DNA of 64,000 nucleotides, taken from the NCBI RefSeq assembly GCF_018977255.1, contig NW_024704743.1, positions 45,944,001 through 46,008,000 on the forward strand, written 5' to 3'. Shown piece after piece: positions 26,850-40,408 of the stretch (position 1 is its first letter; each line of letters opens with the position of its first letter). This DNA comes from Callorhinchus milii. Lineage: Eukaryota. Below the pieces are notes generated by a model that worked only from the letters and a program-made list of their open reading frames with translations, had not been told where the DNA came from and did no database searches. Both the position numbers and the translations under genes were made by a program.

Positions 26850-27600
26850 AGTTTTTTTAGGTCCACCATGTGTCATCAATAGGTGCAGAAACCAATCACT
26901 GTGCCTAACTGTCTGATCCAGACTGATAGAGTCCAACATATGTATTCCACTTACACATGGAACTTTCCCTGTATCTGGAATCGAATGTGCACTCTCTGCC
27001 CAGAGGAATGCTTTCTGCTTACCTATTTCAGGAGAGTATTAAGTGCAGGTTGGCAAGAGCCAAGGCTTGGGGACCCCAGAGTGTGCAATGGGATACTGCT
27101 GGAGTCTAACCCCAGCTAAAACTGCATAGCTTGTTATTGAGAGCACTGTCTAGTAAGCTTCCCACTGCTTGTCCAGCTTGGACCACCTTACCCATTAGGA
27201 TAGTGGTGGCCCACCTGTGGCCTGGGGACGGAAGTGGTTTGGTAAGTCTAGGTAAGTCCGTGTTCAATATTTTCATCATTTTCTTGATTTTATGTCATAA
27301 ATATTCAATCAAGAAAATGTATTTGTCGACCATAAAGATTGGCCACCATTGCATTATGGCTTAGGCTTGCAGGGTTAACAGGAGCCAAGTTGGAAGAATC
27401 ATTACCCCTTGTGACCGATCTGCCCATCCAAGTCCTGCCAATGAACTAGGTTGGCTAGTCTGCAGTCCTGGTGCACTGCAGACCCACCTGGCTCAGGAGC
27501 CAGACTATCAAGACCACTACACAGCACTGAGATGATTCTGACATTCAGTTGCTAAGCATGTTACCCTGGAACCAGCTCAGCCCCAAGGAGATCCTGTTTC
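26850..27600 (-). mobile_element. Repeat family C (~650-700 bp, SINE-like, non-coding); longest copy. Others at about 12133-12560, 21274-21620, 34434-35030, 42425-42880, 51252-51560, 53042-53148
   Basis: Collinear blocks shared on the + strand: tttt.ggtcagcc..gtgtctgacacatgcagaaaccc / cacctacacatggaa / gagtattaggtgcaggttggcaagagccaaggcttggggacccc / ggagtttaaccagctaaaactgcatag / gcagggttaacaggag / ccagctcagcc. Strand inferred from the A-rich end. Confidence 0.75.
27201..27351. mobile_element. hAT-type MITE (151 bp) inserted in a family C copy
   Basis: TIRs tagtggtggcc / ggccaccattg. The 8-bp flanks CATTAGGA (27193-27200) and CATTATGG (27352-27359) are each one change from the uninterrupted site CATTAGGG seen in the copies near 12551 and 42639. 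Confidence 0.8.
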
Positions 27601-27629
27601 CTTGCTTGTTAGGAAACACAAGAGGCCTT

Positions 27630-29280
27630 CATAAATTCCCCATCTCCTCTTCCCACCCGGCCCCTACCCATCCCTCCCGCCACACCTTTGAACCCATCTC
27701 CCCCTCCTCTCTCATCATCACCATAACCCATGAAATCTACCACCTGCTCCCTTGACTCCATCCCTACCCCTCTCCTTAACTCCCAGCTCCACCTCTTTGC
27801 CCCTCTACTCACTGACATCGTTAACCTCTACCTGTTCTCTGGTACTGTTCCCACCCCATTAAAAACCGCTGTCATCATACCTATCCTTAAAAAACCCTCC
27901 CTGGACCTTCTCTACTCCCAAACTACTGCCCCATCTCCAACCTCCACTTCCTCTCCAAGGTCCTGGAATGAGTTGTTGCTTCTCAGCTTCGCTCCTTCCT
28001 CTCTGGCCACTCCCTTCTCGAATCCCTCCAATCGGGTTTCCGTACCGCCCACAGAAACACCCCTGGTCGAAGTGACAAATGACATTATGTCTATCAGCGA
28101 CCATGACTTCCTCTGCCTCCTTGTCCTCCTTGACCTCTCTGCTGCCTTCGACACCATTGACCGCTCTATCCTCATCCACTTCCTCTCACCTCAACCTCCA
28201 TGGTGCTGTCCTTGACTGTTCAGATCGTATCTTTCACATCACCTCCACTTTAACTCCTCTAAACAGCTTCTCCTCTAGCCCTTGGACCGTCTTGTGTGGT
28301 GTTCCTCAGGGCTCTGTCTTTGGTCCCCTCCTCTTCAATATCTATATGTTCCCTCTTGGTGACATCATCCGCAGACATGGGGTCAACTTCCACATGTATG
28401 CAGATGACACCCAACTCTATCTCTCTGCCTCCACTGTTGACTCCAGGACCACTGCTGTCCTGACAATATCTGTCAGACATCAAGTCCTGGATGAGAGCTA
28501 ACTTTCTTCAATTGAACGTCAAAAAGACCGAGGCTCTCCTGATTGGCTCCCGTGAGCGCCTCCTCACCTCAGGCGCTGACAACAACACCATCCATGGTTG
28601 CACACTCCACCTTACTAAGCCAGTCCAGAACCTTGGCATCTTGTTTGACCCTCAACTAACCTTTCTACCCTACATCTGTGCCATGACCCGCTCTGCCTTC
28701 CCTCATCACCGCAATGTTGTCCGGCTCCGACACTGTCTCACACCGCAGGCCGCCAAAACACTCATACATGATTTCATTACATTGAGGTTCGACTATGTAA
28801 ACTCATTGCTTGTCGGCCTCCCAACTCCTCCCTCCATAGGCTGCAGATCATCCAGAACTCTGCAGCCCGTGTCCTCTCCTGCACCAGGCTCCGCGACCCT
28901 ATCACCCCCATCCTTGCCCAACTCCACTGGCTTCCCATCACACAGAGGAAACAGTTCAAGATCCAGGTCCTCACCTTCAAAGCCCTCCATGGTCTTGTTC
29001 CCCCTACCTCTCCGACCTATTGATGAGCGGGCCTTCCGCCACTCTGCACCCACCCTCTGGAACTCCATTCCGCAGTCTCTCCGTCTCGCCCCTTCCCTTG
29101 CCACCTTCAAGATCCACCTCAAGACCCTCCTCTTCGACTGTGCTTTCGATCTCCCTGCTTCCCCCCCTGCCCTCTACCCTCCCCCATCCCCTCCCCCAGC
29201 TCGGCTCTGTAACTCTGTCTAGCATTTTGGGATGTTTTCCTGACGTGAAAAGCTCTATTCAAATGTAATATTGTTGTTGA
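27630..29280 (+). mobile_element. 5'-truncated L2 LINE with a disrupted reverse transcriptase
   Basis: RT motifs across frameshifts: [70 protein letters not shown]. Ends in the tail gggatgttttcctgacgtgaaaagctctattcaaatg(ttg)n. Confidence 0.95.
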
Positions 29281-30182
29281 TAAAACACCATGTGTTGAAT
29301 AGGACCATAAAAGACAGTTGTGGTCAAACTGGTTCATCCCATCATAGTTAAAGAAATGATTCCTACCCTGCTCCATTCATTGAAAATGCATCAGATTTGA
29401 ATCCTACAGGTCCAGTTTGTACAAATGTTAAACATTGTCTTCTTGGGAGGTGGTGGTTATAAGATTTAAAAGTGAAAGTCACCCATACACTTTATGCATG
29501 AAGAGTACAGTACTGTAATTCTATAGTAGCTGCATGCAGTGTTCAGTCTGCTCCGAGTGATAAATTTGCACTTAAGTAACACCTCTAATGTGAAATCTAA
29601 GCTTTCGCACTTAACGCCCTGATCATATTACCAAAGATATGCACAGGTGGGATTTGATAGTTTTTTTTTTAAAAAGTAAACTTTTAACTTAAATGGTTTT
29701 GAATGGTTGGCACGATTATACTAAATATAGCAAATTCTTTTTAAGTATTTGCTTTTGTTCTGGTCATTAAAGATGACGATTTGATCATTAATTTGCCACA
29801 AGCTGCTTAATTTTCCATTCCTAAGATATGCTTCTAACTTTAATATGTACAGCTATGCCACTGCATACTAAGCGTGAGGAAGGAAAAGTATGGCCCATGC
29901 TGGCCTAGGCAGATTGTACATTAAAACTGTAAAAGATAGATCTGCAAACAGCCTTTTAACATTGAGCAGCTTTCTGCAAAATGTATTGGACTTAAGCAGC
30001 TGCATGATAAACGTTGCAGAATTTGGCCAAAATGTTTGTTTATTTCTTTCAAACACAGAGGGTTCGGAGGTGGTTTAGAGAGTCCTCGGGATACATTTTT
30101 TTTATTTTGGGAAAGTGTTTTGATTCATTTCATGTGCAATGTTTGGGCGGATGATAGCTTTTTATATCAGGTGGTGGTACTT

Positions 30183-30300
30183 TGAAATAAAATCAGAAAA
30201 TGTTTTACAATTCTTATGAGTTCAATAAGCATCTGAAAGAGAAGCGAAACCTACTTTTTGGGTGAGACTTTTCATCAGAACCAATACAGACAGACCAGAG
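30183..30300. mobile_element. Probable Penelope-like repeat remnant
   Basis: aaaatcagaaaatg...gcatctgaaagagaag...gacttttcatcagaac resembles a repeat end I recall as common in cartilaginous fish; single copy in this window. Confidence 0.3.
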
Positions 30301-31174
30301 TTGCTGCTTTATCAGCAGTGGAAGGGAAAATAGCCAGACCAAGATTTCAAGGCAACAGAAGGTAAAAAATGGAACCATTAACTGTCAGACATTGGGCCAG
30401 TTAGTGAGTGGGTCATTAACAATTTGTGAAATGTTAGAAAATGAGAACAAGGTATAATATAAGCAAGAGAGAGGCAGGTGTGATAACAGCATGAAATGCC
30501 AGATCAGCTCAGGTAGAGATAACTGGGGGAGGTGTGGTCAAAACTTAAGGTTAAAATAAATAAAAAGAAAACTTAAGCGATGATAGAAAACTGAATGGCA
30601 AAAAGTGGTGACAGCTCACAGGAAGCAGATCAGCATTTGACAGACACTGAACATTTTGCCGCCCACACCTCCCCCCCCACTCCCTCCCCCTTTCCGGAAT
30701 CTCTAACCTAACGTTTAGAGATGTTAAAATAAGTGTGGAGTCCTCAAACCACATAGCAGCCAAGAGAATCATGAGATGCTGCTTCTGAAATTCTGAAGTA
30801 GTGTAAGAGGTGAGAGTGGGTGGGAGACTTGAGATGATGAGTCACGGGGAAGTCAAAAATTATGTTTATGAATATAGGAATGAACAGGACAGTCATTACA
30901 GTCCCTATGACTAGTTTCAATGTAAAATAACCACAACAACTTGCACTTATATACAGTCCTTCACACTGTAGTGTTTCATAGTGCTTAACAGTGGTGTGGT
31001 TTCTCACTGAGTGGGAAAGAGAAGGGAGGTGATCAAAAGCACGGTCAAAGCAAAAACTTCAGATGTGTTTTCAAGATGGGCAAAGAAGGGGCAAAATGGA
31101 GGGATGGAGGCAAAGTGTTCCAGAGATTCGGGGAATAATAAATATGTATAAATATTGTAATTAAAACATACACT

Positions 31175-32200
31175 ACAACAACAACAACAAAATTACATTT
31201 GTAAAGCGCCTTTCACTCGGGAGGACGTCCCAAGGTGCTGGACAATCAATGTTTCGGACCCGAGCTGAGGATTGGAGAGGGGGGAGGGCAGAGGGGAAAG
31301 GAGGGTGACCAAAGGCACGGTCGAAGAGGAGGGTCTTCAGACAGGTCTTGAAGGAGGCAAAAGGGGGGCAAGGAAGAGGGAATGTGGGATGGAGTACCAG
31401 AGGGTGGGGGCAGTGGCAGAAGGCCCGCCCGCCAATGGTGGGGCGAACGAGGCGGGGGATGTGAACCAGGCCGGAGCCCGCTGAGCGGAGGGAGCAGGCA
31501 GGATGGTAGGTGGTTAGGAGTTCGCAGAGGTAGGGGGGAGCAAGGCAATGGAGGGCTTTGAAGGTGAGGACCAGGATCTTTATCTGTATCCTCTGTGTGA
31601 TGGGAAGCCAGTGGAGTCGGCGAAGATGGGGGTGATAGGGTCACGGAGCCTGGTGCGGGAGAGGACACAGGCTGCAGAGTTCTGGATGATCTGCAGCCTA
31701 TGGAGGGAGGAGTTGGGGAGGCCGACAAGCAGTGAGTTTATGTAGTCAAGCATTGATGTTATGAATGAGTGTATGAAGGTCTCACAGCCTGTGGTGTGAG
31801 ACAGTCGCAGAGCCGGGCAATGCTGTAGAGATGGGGGAAGGCAGAGCAGGTCATGGCGCAGATGTGGGGTAGAAAAGATAGTTGTGGGTCAAACAAGACC
31901 CCAAGGTTCCGGACCGGCTTAGTAAGGTGGAGTGTGCAACCATGGACAGTGATGCTGTCAGCGCCTGAGGTGTGGAGGCGCTGACGGGAGCCAATCAGGA
32001 GAGCCTCGGTCTTGTTGACGTTCAACTGTAGAAAGTTAGCTCTCATCCAGGACTTGATGTCTGACAGACATTCTGTCAGGACAGCAGTGGTCCTGGAGTT
32101 GAGGGTGGAGGCAGAGAGGTACAGTTGGGTGTCATCCCCATACATGTGGAAGTTGACCCCACGTCTGCAGATGATGTCACCAAGTGGGAGCATATACATA
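31175..32200 (-). mobile_element. 5'-truncated L2 LINE, same young subfamily as 27630-29280
   Basis: [27 protein letters not shown]...[21 protein letters not shown], with a (caa)n tail at about 31175-31190 on the + strand. Confidence 0.95.
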
Positions 32201-35200
32201 TTGAAAAGAAGAAGTTACTGTCTTCTATATCCTTCAATTGTTTTCTTCACCAATTGTTTCCTTCTTTACTATCTTGCTGCCACGGGCTCTGCTGATGGTA
32301 GGCCTAGAAGGGAAAGGAGTTTCTCGCAGTGTCCGGGCCAACAATGCCCCAGAATAAAATTGGTGATTCACTTCATGGCTGGTTGTGGGACATCATCATG
32401 TGCATTTAGCTGCTACATTTGCCCACAAAAAACTCAAGGCACTCCACTTTACAGTATATCCAATGAAACTCTTTGAAATGTCTTCCTGATATGAAAGGGA
32501 CAGTATGAAATGTAAAGATTATTATTATTTATTCCCACTGCCTTTTGCTTCTCCAATCTCATCATGTAAAAAGAAAAAAACATTTTTAGTGCCCAAATGT
32601 TTCTGTACTTCTCAGATCCTTACCATCAAGTTGCTGCTTTTGCAGACAAATATCGTAGCTATCTTGGGACTTGAACTCATAGTCTAGGCTCATTCTTGTG
32701 TGGTCCTGGGGTAATGCTGCATTGTCAGAATTACTGTCCTTGGGCTGAGACGTTAAACCAAGGTTCCATCTGTCTGTTCCTCAGTGCTTCTTAATAATTT
32801 CATGACAATTTTCTAAAAGAGAAGGTTTTCTCCTGGTATCCCGATCAACAATCAAGCTAAATTGGTCATTCACTGCTTGTGGATATTTGGTGTGTAAAAA
32901 ATGGCTGCAACGTTTGCCAACAAAAACAGTTTGCTTCAATGGCAGTAATTAATAAACTATGAAGTGGACTTCAATGTTGTAAGTGCTATAAACTATTTAA
33001 TGTCGGATTGGTTAAAAACATTTATTATAATCCTTACATACCCTTTTTACAACCATGAAGTGAATGACCAATTTTATTCTGGGGCAAAACCTTAGGCAAG
33101 TTTCCTTACTCCACACGCCACTGTTTACTTAGCAGTAAGTAGAAACCTGGTTGTTAGGCAATTGGCATTGCTTTCTAGGCAGGGTAATAATCATTTAAAA
33201 ACAATAATAATTTGGTCGCTCAATCCACGACTGTTTGTGGGACACTGCTATGCTCAATTGGCTGTAGTGTTTCACCCACAAAATATGCAGTCAATCCACT
33301 TTACAATATATTCTATGAAGCTCTTTGAGATGTCTGAACGACGTGATAAGGCATGGTATCAAGTGCAAGGATTATTATTATTATTACTTATCCCTTCACA
33401 TACAATGTTGTCATTGTTTTTACCGCTTGAGGTCTGTAGCAAAATGTTAATTCATTCAGTTCATTTGTGCTTTACTCTGGAATAAGAAGTCACTTTCCTT
33501 CATTTCAAATTCTCCTAGACATAAGGCTACTCTGGTTCCTCGATTGTTTCTAACTTTTCAGAACATACTGTATTCTGTTCATTTCAGTTTATTTCAATCT
33601 TCTGAATTCTTTGAATTATAGGAAATCTGTTGCACAACAGCCACTGGTGAAAAAATCCTTGCAATGGAAATATTGATGATTTGTGTAGCACATTTGCCGC
33701 CGTTGTAATTGATGGGGAAAATACACTTAGTCATTCCTTTAATATTTTTGAAAAACCTAAAATTAACACCTTGTGTTGGTGACGAAAGCCAATACATTGA
33801 CTAATGCGGTGAAAGCTATTGATGAATAACACACATCTAAATAAGTTTCAAAATGAGAGCCGCACTGAGTCACATAATATTTTTTCTGCTACATGGGAGG
33901 GTGTTTTTTTTCTTTTTTTGACAAATGGTATATCCTAAACAGAATAAGTAAATTGAATGAGATTATAAAAAGCTGTAGTGAAACATTTGGGTAAAGGACA
34001 GGACTAACAAACTCGCTGCAGCTGAGTAAGAAATGTACACAGCGCCTTCCAGCACACACATGTTGGTGATTCTCCCAGCAACTCGGAAATTGCTAAATGT
34101 GATCACTGGGATCCAGTGGATACCAGACAATAGATAGTCCAATGTCTCGTGCAGCAAAATAGTCTTGTAACTTCTTATTTAATCTGGACCTGCTGACACG
34201 AAAGCATTTTATGTGTCTGATCATTTGGATAGAAAACCACAGCTGGCTGAAAGTGAAGTTGTATTATTCAGGGGATCAGATCGTATTTTAAAACTCACAT
34301 TGCTTATTGTATAGCTCAGCTCAGGTGACAGACACTTATAATTTATACTAAAGAATTTGTAAGGATTGTTGTACAATACGCGTGAGCACTATTGCTGTTT
34401 TTTTTATTGGTAAGATTGCTATCTTTCCTCCAAAGATTTTTCTTGTGAGCTGGGTGTCTGACACATGCAGAAACCCATCACCATTCTTCAAAGCATTTCA
34501 CATGCACACACCACCTACACACGGAAATTTCACATTTGTGTGGAATGGAGTCCACACTCTCTCCCTGCAGGGACGCACCCTACTCGCCTCATTCCGGAAA
34601 ATATTAGGTGCAGGTTCACAAGTACCAAGACCCAGAGACTCCAGAATATGTGTTGGGATCATTGCTGAACTATAATCTGCATAACTTGCCATTTGAGGGC
34701 ACTTTCTGGCAAGCTGCATATCCAGCAAAAAACACACGTAACTGTTGCTTGCAGGGTTAACTGAAATAAGAGGGAAGAATCCCTGCCCTCAATGACCACT
34801 CTGCCTCCCCCAAGTCCTGCCAACAACAACGTGCATTTAGTAGTGTCCTTCGCATGGGGCAGCACCAGGCTGGCTAGTCTGTCTACCATCAGCAGTGCCT
34901 CTGGAATATTGTAGACCTGTCTGACTGAGAAAACCAACTATTGAGCCTGCTGCCACTGGGGTCAATTTAATTCTATTTAATTGACAAGCACGTTACCTTG
35001 GAGGCAGCTCAGCCTCAAGACAGTTAGTCATTAGACCAGATTCACAGGTTCACAAAATGCTGTAAAATGTGTACCTCCACAATTATAAATTATAATTATA
35101 AACAATTATAACTATTTATAATTATAATTGTACAGTTGACAAGTCAATTATAAACAAGACCTTCCCACTGTCACCTTAATAACAAATAACAGAAACCCAT

Positions 35201-38200
35201 AGCGCATTTGGGGATTGAAAAATTGAAATGAAATACAGGAGAAGATGCAAACCATGCATCAGTTTAGGTGTTCACAGCCTTCAGCAACATAATGAGAAAA
35301 GTCATGATAAGGACACCATTCCTATGCATATTTTGATTTAAATTGGTTCAAATATATTTGTTTGGTTATTTGAGACTGGCAATCAAGAACACTAATGTCA
35401 TAACAGCCCATAACCTTAGAAGCATGAAGAACATTTGCAACCAGGCACATATGAAATCTAGATGTTAAGTGCCAAACACCTATGTTAATTCAAGAGGCTG
35501 GTGATAGAGATTTGAAGCAGTTCTTTCATGAGTGTGAGATCCAGCGACTTTATGCATGCTGCAGGCGGAAGAGACCGTTTATTGTCTCTGCTTTGCACAA
35601 GTGCAAAAAAAAGACATTTGAAATTCAGCCACAATTGAGATGATCAGTGCATTCTACAGACAGGTGGTGCCGAGTAAAGCACAAGGTAAATAATTCTACA
35701 ATTTGAGCTGCTTCCACTGATTATCGGTTGTTATTTCACACTTGAGTTATAGTGGATTTTTGCCTGTGTGAAATTATCCCGTGGGCAGTGATATTACTAA
35801 TCATGTCCATGGAATAATAATCTGTGGTGCAACGGCTGTAAATGTGTTTGCACATCGGGGGAAGCAAGTGAAGATGGCCTTTTAAGCAGTTCTGAGGGGG
35901 AGTGTGTGAAAAGGGGGTTGCTGTGCAGATATTTTGAATAGTGAATGTGTGCTGACAAAGGAATACCAACCAGATTCTTAACCCTCTGAATGCTCAATGC
36001 CGTCCTTCACTGTTTTCCTTTTTCAATCATCTATTAGAATTAGAAGTTCTATCCATTTCTGATGCAGAAATTACCCCTGGAAAACACTGCAGAACATTGT
36101 ACAGTAGAGGTTCGTTCTTCAATCCTGACCCTATGAAATAATTTCCTGAATCAGATTATAAAGAATTCATGGCTTAGTTCAAGGATCCATTGACAGTGAA
36201 CATTACAGTATGCTTCAACTATTGAACAATTATTTGGCAAATACATTTTTAAAAATGCAGATTTTTAAATATAGAAAATTTCTGAATGATTACAATCCAA
36301 AGGGTCAATTGTTATTCTAGGCAGCTAAATGATTTAACATTCAAACCATATCTGAGTTTTCATATGTAGATTAAGCTGTATTCTATTACAATGTCCAATA
36401 GCCTGATCTCCCCCAGGTCAGTTCCATTTGGCTATGATGTAAATTCCAAGGTCTGATCTGATTTTCATCCATTTCTAGAAGCGGGTAGCTGACAGCATAA
36501 TCAACATGATTTTGTATGGGCAACATCCCATTTCAAACAAATGCATTATTCAGCTACAAAGTCACAGAGAAGAAAACACAAGCATAATGAGAAATATTAC
36601 AATAGCACATTTCACACAAACCATATTTATTCTAAACTTTACACTGAGGCAATCACGTGACCAGCACAGTATCATACAGACATTTCGAAACAACTCAAAA
36701 TATGTAAACAAAAGAAAATCTGAAAAGAGAAAGTCCAGTTGGTATCTAGCAAACCCATTCTTTTCACAGTTCTTTATTTGATCCCCTAAATTCAACACTT
36801 CTTTACTCACTTCTACTTGCGTTTTGCCTTCAAAATATAGTCAATTCAATTTACAGTATATTCTTGAAGCGCTTTGAGATGTCTTGAAGACGTGATAAGG
36901 CACTATATCAAATGCAAGGATTATTTACAGCATCAGTTAACCCTAAACCTCTCGCTTCTTTGATTACATTTCATTTGCTGGCTTTTATTGGAAGCTGTTT
37001 CATGAGCTCTTTGGTTAACTCCTGATACCTTAGCCAAATGCACAGACACACCATTTTGCCTTGACAGCAGAGCTTGGTGTTAGGCAATTACTAAAGCCCA
37101 TAGGTAGGCTGAATTTTCTGTTTGATGCTCAATGATGCTATGTTTTCCATTCAGTGTATTGATGCGAAATTAACTCCCATATTCTTAAATAATATAAAAA
37201 AAACATTTAGGACCATCTTGTGAATGTTGCACTTTGTGGTAGATATGTTAGGTGACGAATGTCAGCTTGAACACAAAATGGCTCAAAATCGCCATCAAAA
37301 TATTAGGGAGAGTGTTAGTAAGTACTACCTCTAATACCCCACCTGAGATGGGACTCAGCTGTTATCAGAAGGCCTATGACATAATTTCTGTCCACAAACA
37401 TAAAAACGACCACAATGGTTCTATTTCTGGGGCTGGAAGCACCGATTCACATATAGATAATTATTATTGGTACTTTTCTTCTGCCACTGCCTTCCTGACT
37501 TTCAACAGCTGTCACCACACCCTCTTCAAAAAACATTCTTCAAAACTTTTCAGCTACCATCTCATCTCCAACCTGCTCTTTCTATTCCAAAGTCTTGAAA
37601 TGTAACACCACTACTGAACTTCATTCACATTTTCCATCCTGCCACAGTACCAGCCAACATCAGCTTGTGTGACAGACAGACTTGATAGAATGAATCTCGC
37701 AGTAACTAGGAACCCGGTTGTTAGCTGATTGGCAGATCACTTTTCCCGGGGTAATAATCCCTTAAAAAAGAAAAGGAAATAAATAATAATTTGGTCATTC
37801 AATCTACCACTGTTTGTAGGACACTGCTGTGTACAATTGGCTGCCATGTTTCGCCCACAAAATATATAGTTAATTCACTTTACAGTATATTCTGTGAAGC
37901 GCTTTGAGACGTCTTGAAGACATGACAAAGTGCTATATCAAATGCAACGATTATTATTTAATGCCTTTGTCATTTCAAGACTCAATTTTCAAATTCCTTC
38001 TTTGCTGTCCTCTCCAATTCCATCATCCACAAGTTCCAGCTCATCCACTCTTCCACCCATATTCTTATCTATACAAATCTTCACATCCTTCACCCATCCT
38101 CCCTAGACTTCACTGTCTCCCCGTCTCCTAGCGTATTAACCTAACAAGGTTCTTATTCTTCCTTCATATCCTTGCCCTGTGATCTTCCGTGCAACCCCCA

Positions 38201-38289
38201 CCCCAGACCAATGACAGCTGAGCCAAGTCACTACACCCCTAACCTACCCTCTGGAATTCCCTTCCTCAATCCCCTCTATCAGTCTCAAC

Positions 38290-38393
38290 CAGTGGTTGGC
38301 CAAAAAATAATCATGGAAATAAGAAAATAGATTCATGCCATAAATCAAGAAACATTTATTTTGTTGGCCAACCAAAGAGGTTGACCACTACAG
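38290..38393. mobile_element. Second, shorter copy of the same hAT-type MITE
   Basis: Ends cagtggttggcc / ggttgaccactacag; shares the aatcaagaaa...tattt.gt...aaag..ttg.ccac subterminal region with 27307-27351. Degenerate 8-bp flanks gtctcaac / atctaaac. Confidence 0.6.
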
Positions 38394-38877
38394 ATCTAAA
38401 CCAATTAAATACTTACCACTGACTGTGTTTATCATGAGACATTACATGAAAGATGCTGGACAAATGCAAGTTGGTCCGGTGGCAGAGTCCCATCTGATCA
38501 ACAACAGCATAGAATACAAACTTCCACCAACACTTTTAAAGGATCCACATAGGATCATGGGGATAAGTTTGATGAAATAATTTGAAGAAGAAAGCATGTG
38601 TATTACATATGTAAAAACAAGAGGAAAAAAAATAAATACTTAATTACCAGCAGTTTACAGAGAACCCATCTTTGTGGGTTCCATTTACTCTCATTTTATC
38701 TTAACTAATTCTCTGATATGAAAAATATTTCTTCCAGTCAATCATGCTCTGTTGGTTTACTCCTTTTACAGGCCCCTCATATTTTGAAGCTGATTCTCCA
38801 CATTCCCAATTTTGTTCACGTTAGGTGAAGTAGAAACTTCCAACAGCTGCAATTACTTATGAGCAGATGCCATTACT

Positions 38878-39080
38878 TTTCACACAAAACGAAAATCTGG
38901 AACTCTCTCCCCAAAAATGCTGTGGACGCTGGATCCATTCAAATTTTCGATAGATTATTGTTAGGTAAGGATATCAAGGGATATGGGGGCAAAAGCGGGT
39001 ATTTGGAGTTGAGGTACAGATCAGCCATGATCTAACAGAATGGCTCGAGGGGCTGAATGGCCTACTCCTGTAAATTCGTA
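38878..39080 (+). mobile_element. CR1 LINE 3' fragment
   Basis: Homologous to 55785-56010 (tggaactctctcccc...gctgtgga...gatcagccatgatct...gaatggcctactcctg). Confidence 0.85.
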
Positions 39081-40408
39081 TGTGCCGAGCAACTCTCCTG
39101 CACCCACCCTCTTCCTCAGGAAGTGATTGACACAAAATATTTTAGAAAGCAGTCTTTTTTTGAGAAGTTCATCATTCATTTATTCCAACAGTATCATGAA
39201 CACAACACAAATGCAACAGTGCTCTGAAATCCAGAAATGATTACTAATATATACAGTCATATATATATATCTCGTGACTCAAGAGAGGCTACAACATCCA
39301 TTGCTGTCTGAAGAATTATTTGATGTAGAAAGGGGGGGGAAAAAAAATCTTTGGACAATAATGAACTACATTTCTAACTAGTGGTGGATTGCTAATTAAT
39401 ATCCAGTTCCTGCACCCAATTGCCTTAAATTAGCTCTAAATATCCTGAACATCAATATTGAACTTGAATATCCAAAGCCTATTTCATTATATTGTGAATA
39501 TTGAATACCCATTTTATTCCTTGCAAGATACTGATAGAATTCTAAAGATATTATCACCACGTAAACATTCAGACCATGACCAGAGAACATTTTAAAAAGA
39601 TGTTAATCCAAATTACTTTCTAGAAATCACTTCCTAGCCATGTAACCCTGCCCGGATACATATGTGAATGTGTCTCTGATGTTTAATTTTGTAATAACAG
39701 GGATATGCATATTGATCCCCAAAAGTTAACAGTTCAGAAAGATAGAAAAAGATTACTCACTCAATTAGTTTCATTTTATTCCCATTCTTATCCTTGCTAA
39801 GATCCCGCGCCAAGCATCCAGACTCCTGGGCACAGAAACCTCTCCATTACTTTAACCCACTGTAGTATGAAGTGCTACCCAAATTTCCTAACTTCTTTCC
39901 TGATTGGCATCTTATCTCTAACTCAATGTTATGCTGAACACCTTGGCCAAGATACTCAATTTGCCTTCAGTTATAGCCAGTAAGGTGCCTGTTATGTTTT
40001 GCTTCAGATAGTTATTTTGATAAGCACTACCTATATATCATTGGAAAACATTGAGATTATGCATTTTAAAGACAACTGAGCATCAATCAGAACTAGGTCT
40101 TGGATCGTGCTTCATTGCAGAGTTCAGCCATTGCTAGACTGAGAAATGTAGCAGGCTATCTCACAGTGATAAAACAAGATTTTCTTATCTAATATACATT
40201 ATCTTACTTTAAAAATATATTCAGTTCACCATTTTTCTTTTAAAACAATTATTTGTAGCTTTCAATGAAAAAATGGTGGCATAAAGAGATTTTTTTGGGG
40301 AAAAATGAACACAATTAAATAAGGAGGCACTTTAAGAGGAAAGAAATAATTACCAGTGTAATAAGTGCAATAAGGATGAGCGAAATCTCTCTCTATAGAA
40401 TGGCTTGC

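Noticed and set aside
27730..29222. Long ORFs (161, 140 and 243 aa) suggesting an RT gene or RT-based system
   Set aside because: They are frameshifted pieces of a 5'-truncated L2 ORF2; there is no intact ORF and no associated genes.
29468..29479. IRF/ISRE-like motifs (aaaagtgaaagt here; gaaacgaaac at 1656-1665)
   Set aside because: Isolated short A-rich motifs are expected by chance in 64 kb of AT-rich DNA and are far from any visible promoter.
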